A stretch of 63,199 bases of DNA, counting the filler, from Choristocarpus tenellus KU-1152 (lineage: Eukaryota > Protista > Phaeophyceae): the NCBI GenBank assembly GCA_964200185.2. It is 8 parts of 8 records of this genome, joined end to end, with 100 filler letters (N's around TTAATTAATTAA, not from the genome) between each part and the next. Parts side by side here need not be neighbours in the genome. Positions count along the whole stretch, not along the records: positions 59,632 to 63,199 come from CAXNAD020019206.1; 7 more parts are not named here. One strand, given 5' to 3'. How positions within the stretch are numbered: the first letter of the stretch is position 1; each line of letters opens with the position of its first letter. The notes under the pieces were generated by a model, which was not told the DNA's origin, ran no database searches, and was given only the letters and a program-made list of their open reading frames with translations. Position numbers and translations under genes: made by a program. Below, piece by piece: positions 63,156 through 63,199 of the stretch.

Positions 63156-63199
63156 GGGTCAAAGTATCTGGGGGGGGGGTGTCGGCGTCCGTTTTTCAC
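63156..63199. mobile_element. MITE family B terminal fragment at window end
   Basis: GGGTCAAAGTATCTGGGGGGGGGG. Confidence 0.75.

Overview
Intron-rich eukaryotic nuclear DNA, probably a flagellated stramenopile such as a brown alga or relative. That assignment is an inference from gene content, intron density and TTAGGG-type repeats. The window is not one locus: it is eight contigs joined by artificial 100-nt spacers (44 N + TTAATTAATTAA + 44 N), so synteny across spacers means nothing. Hand-spliced gene models with phase-compatible exons are: a FAM184-like coiled-coil gene (-), a TerD-domain gene (+), an SGNH/PC-esterase-like gene (-), WDR35/IFT121 (+), STRAP (+), a TTLL tubulin glutamylase (+), an orphan gene (-), a lipoate-protein ligase-like gene (+) and an ATAD3-like gene (+). 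All are partial. Introns and intergenic DNA hold two related MITE families (about 12 and 17 copies or fragments), a Stowaway-like foldback element, decayed Copia elements and a decayed hAT transposon. The most striking result is the ATAD3-like gene. It encodes a signal peptide followed by a MYRF/phage-type intramolecular chaperone (ICA, peptidase S74) domain lacking its catalytic lysine, fused in frame to the ATAD3 N-terminal coiled coil. Also notable are a decayed cox1/coxA fragment that looks more Rickettsiales-like than mitochondrial, an apparent excess of GC-AG introns, and mixed 3-bp and 4-bp target-site duplications in the MITEs. All homology calls come from recalled motifs, not from database searches.
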